Source of the DNA: an uncultured virus (IMG/VR IMGVR_UViG_2902076858_000006)
Lineage: Duplodnaviria > Heunggongvirae > Uroviricota > Caudoviricetes
DNA length: 25,726 nt
Strand: one strand, 5' to 3'
Virus record (IMG/VR): IMGVR_UViG_2902076858_000006
Of the stretch, positions 25,514-25,726 are shown piece after piece; the first letter of the stretch is position 1, and each line of letters starts with the position of its first letter. The translations under genes were made by a program, and so were the position numbers. The notes under the pieces were generated by a model. The model was not told where the DNA came from. It was given only the letters and a program-made list of their open reading frames with translations, and did no database searches.

Positions 25514-25726
25514 TTAGAGAGCCACCACATTGCCTGCTGCTGGGCCTTTCATACCATTTTCCATGGTGAATGAAACTTGTTGGCCTTCAGCTAATGTTTT
25601 GAAGCTATCACTTTGGATTGCAGAGAAATGTACGAAAACATCTTTGCTGCCATCAGCTGGAGTAATAAAACCAAAACCTTTACCTTCATCGAACCATTTT
25701 ACTGTACCAGTCATTGTATTAGACAT
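25514..25726 (-). CDS. cold-shock protein, CspA family (CspB/G/I-like)
   Basis: RNP1 KGFGFI and RNP2 VFVHF; 70 aa. Confidence 0.96.
   Translation of the reverse strand: MSNTMTGTVKWFDEGKGFGFITPADGSKDVFVHFSAIQSDSFKTLAEGQQVSFTMENGMKGPAAGNVVAL

Overview
Late region of a temperate HK97/lambda-like siphovirus prophage in an AT-rich enterobacterium (Proteus/Morganellaceae-like, by inference), transcribed mostly on the minus strand. Reading right to left: a cspA-family gene plus an ATT-initiated ymcF/ynfQ-like gene; a ~7 kb AT-rich accessory zone; the lysis cassette (dual-start holin, SAR endolysin, Rz/Rz1); HNH, terminase, portal, Clp-type protease and capsid; head-tail and tail genes (G/GT -1 frameshift); tape measure; and the tail tip, cut by the window edge. 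The accessory zone (18.9-25.3 kb) is the most interesting part. It is a tandemly duplicated module: a conserved left arm carrying a structured RNA-like element and a Fur-boxed RyhB-like sRNA gene, then a variable cargo slot bounded by ~26-bp degenerate palindromic sites, then a conserved right arm. The two slots hold different defence-like cargo: DUF3800 plus a P-loop ATPase in one, and a PRTase-like + NADAR operon in the other. Other points: a Pmp3/YqaE moron in the position HK97 uses for its superinfection-exclusion gene 15, and a nonsense mutation in the small gene after the capsid. All family calls come from motif recognition by eye; no searches were run.
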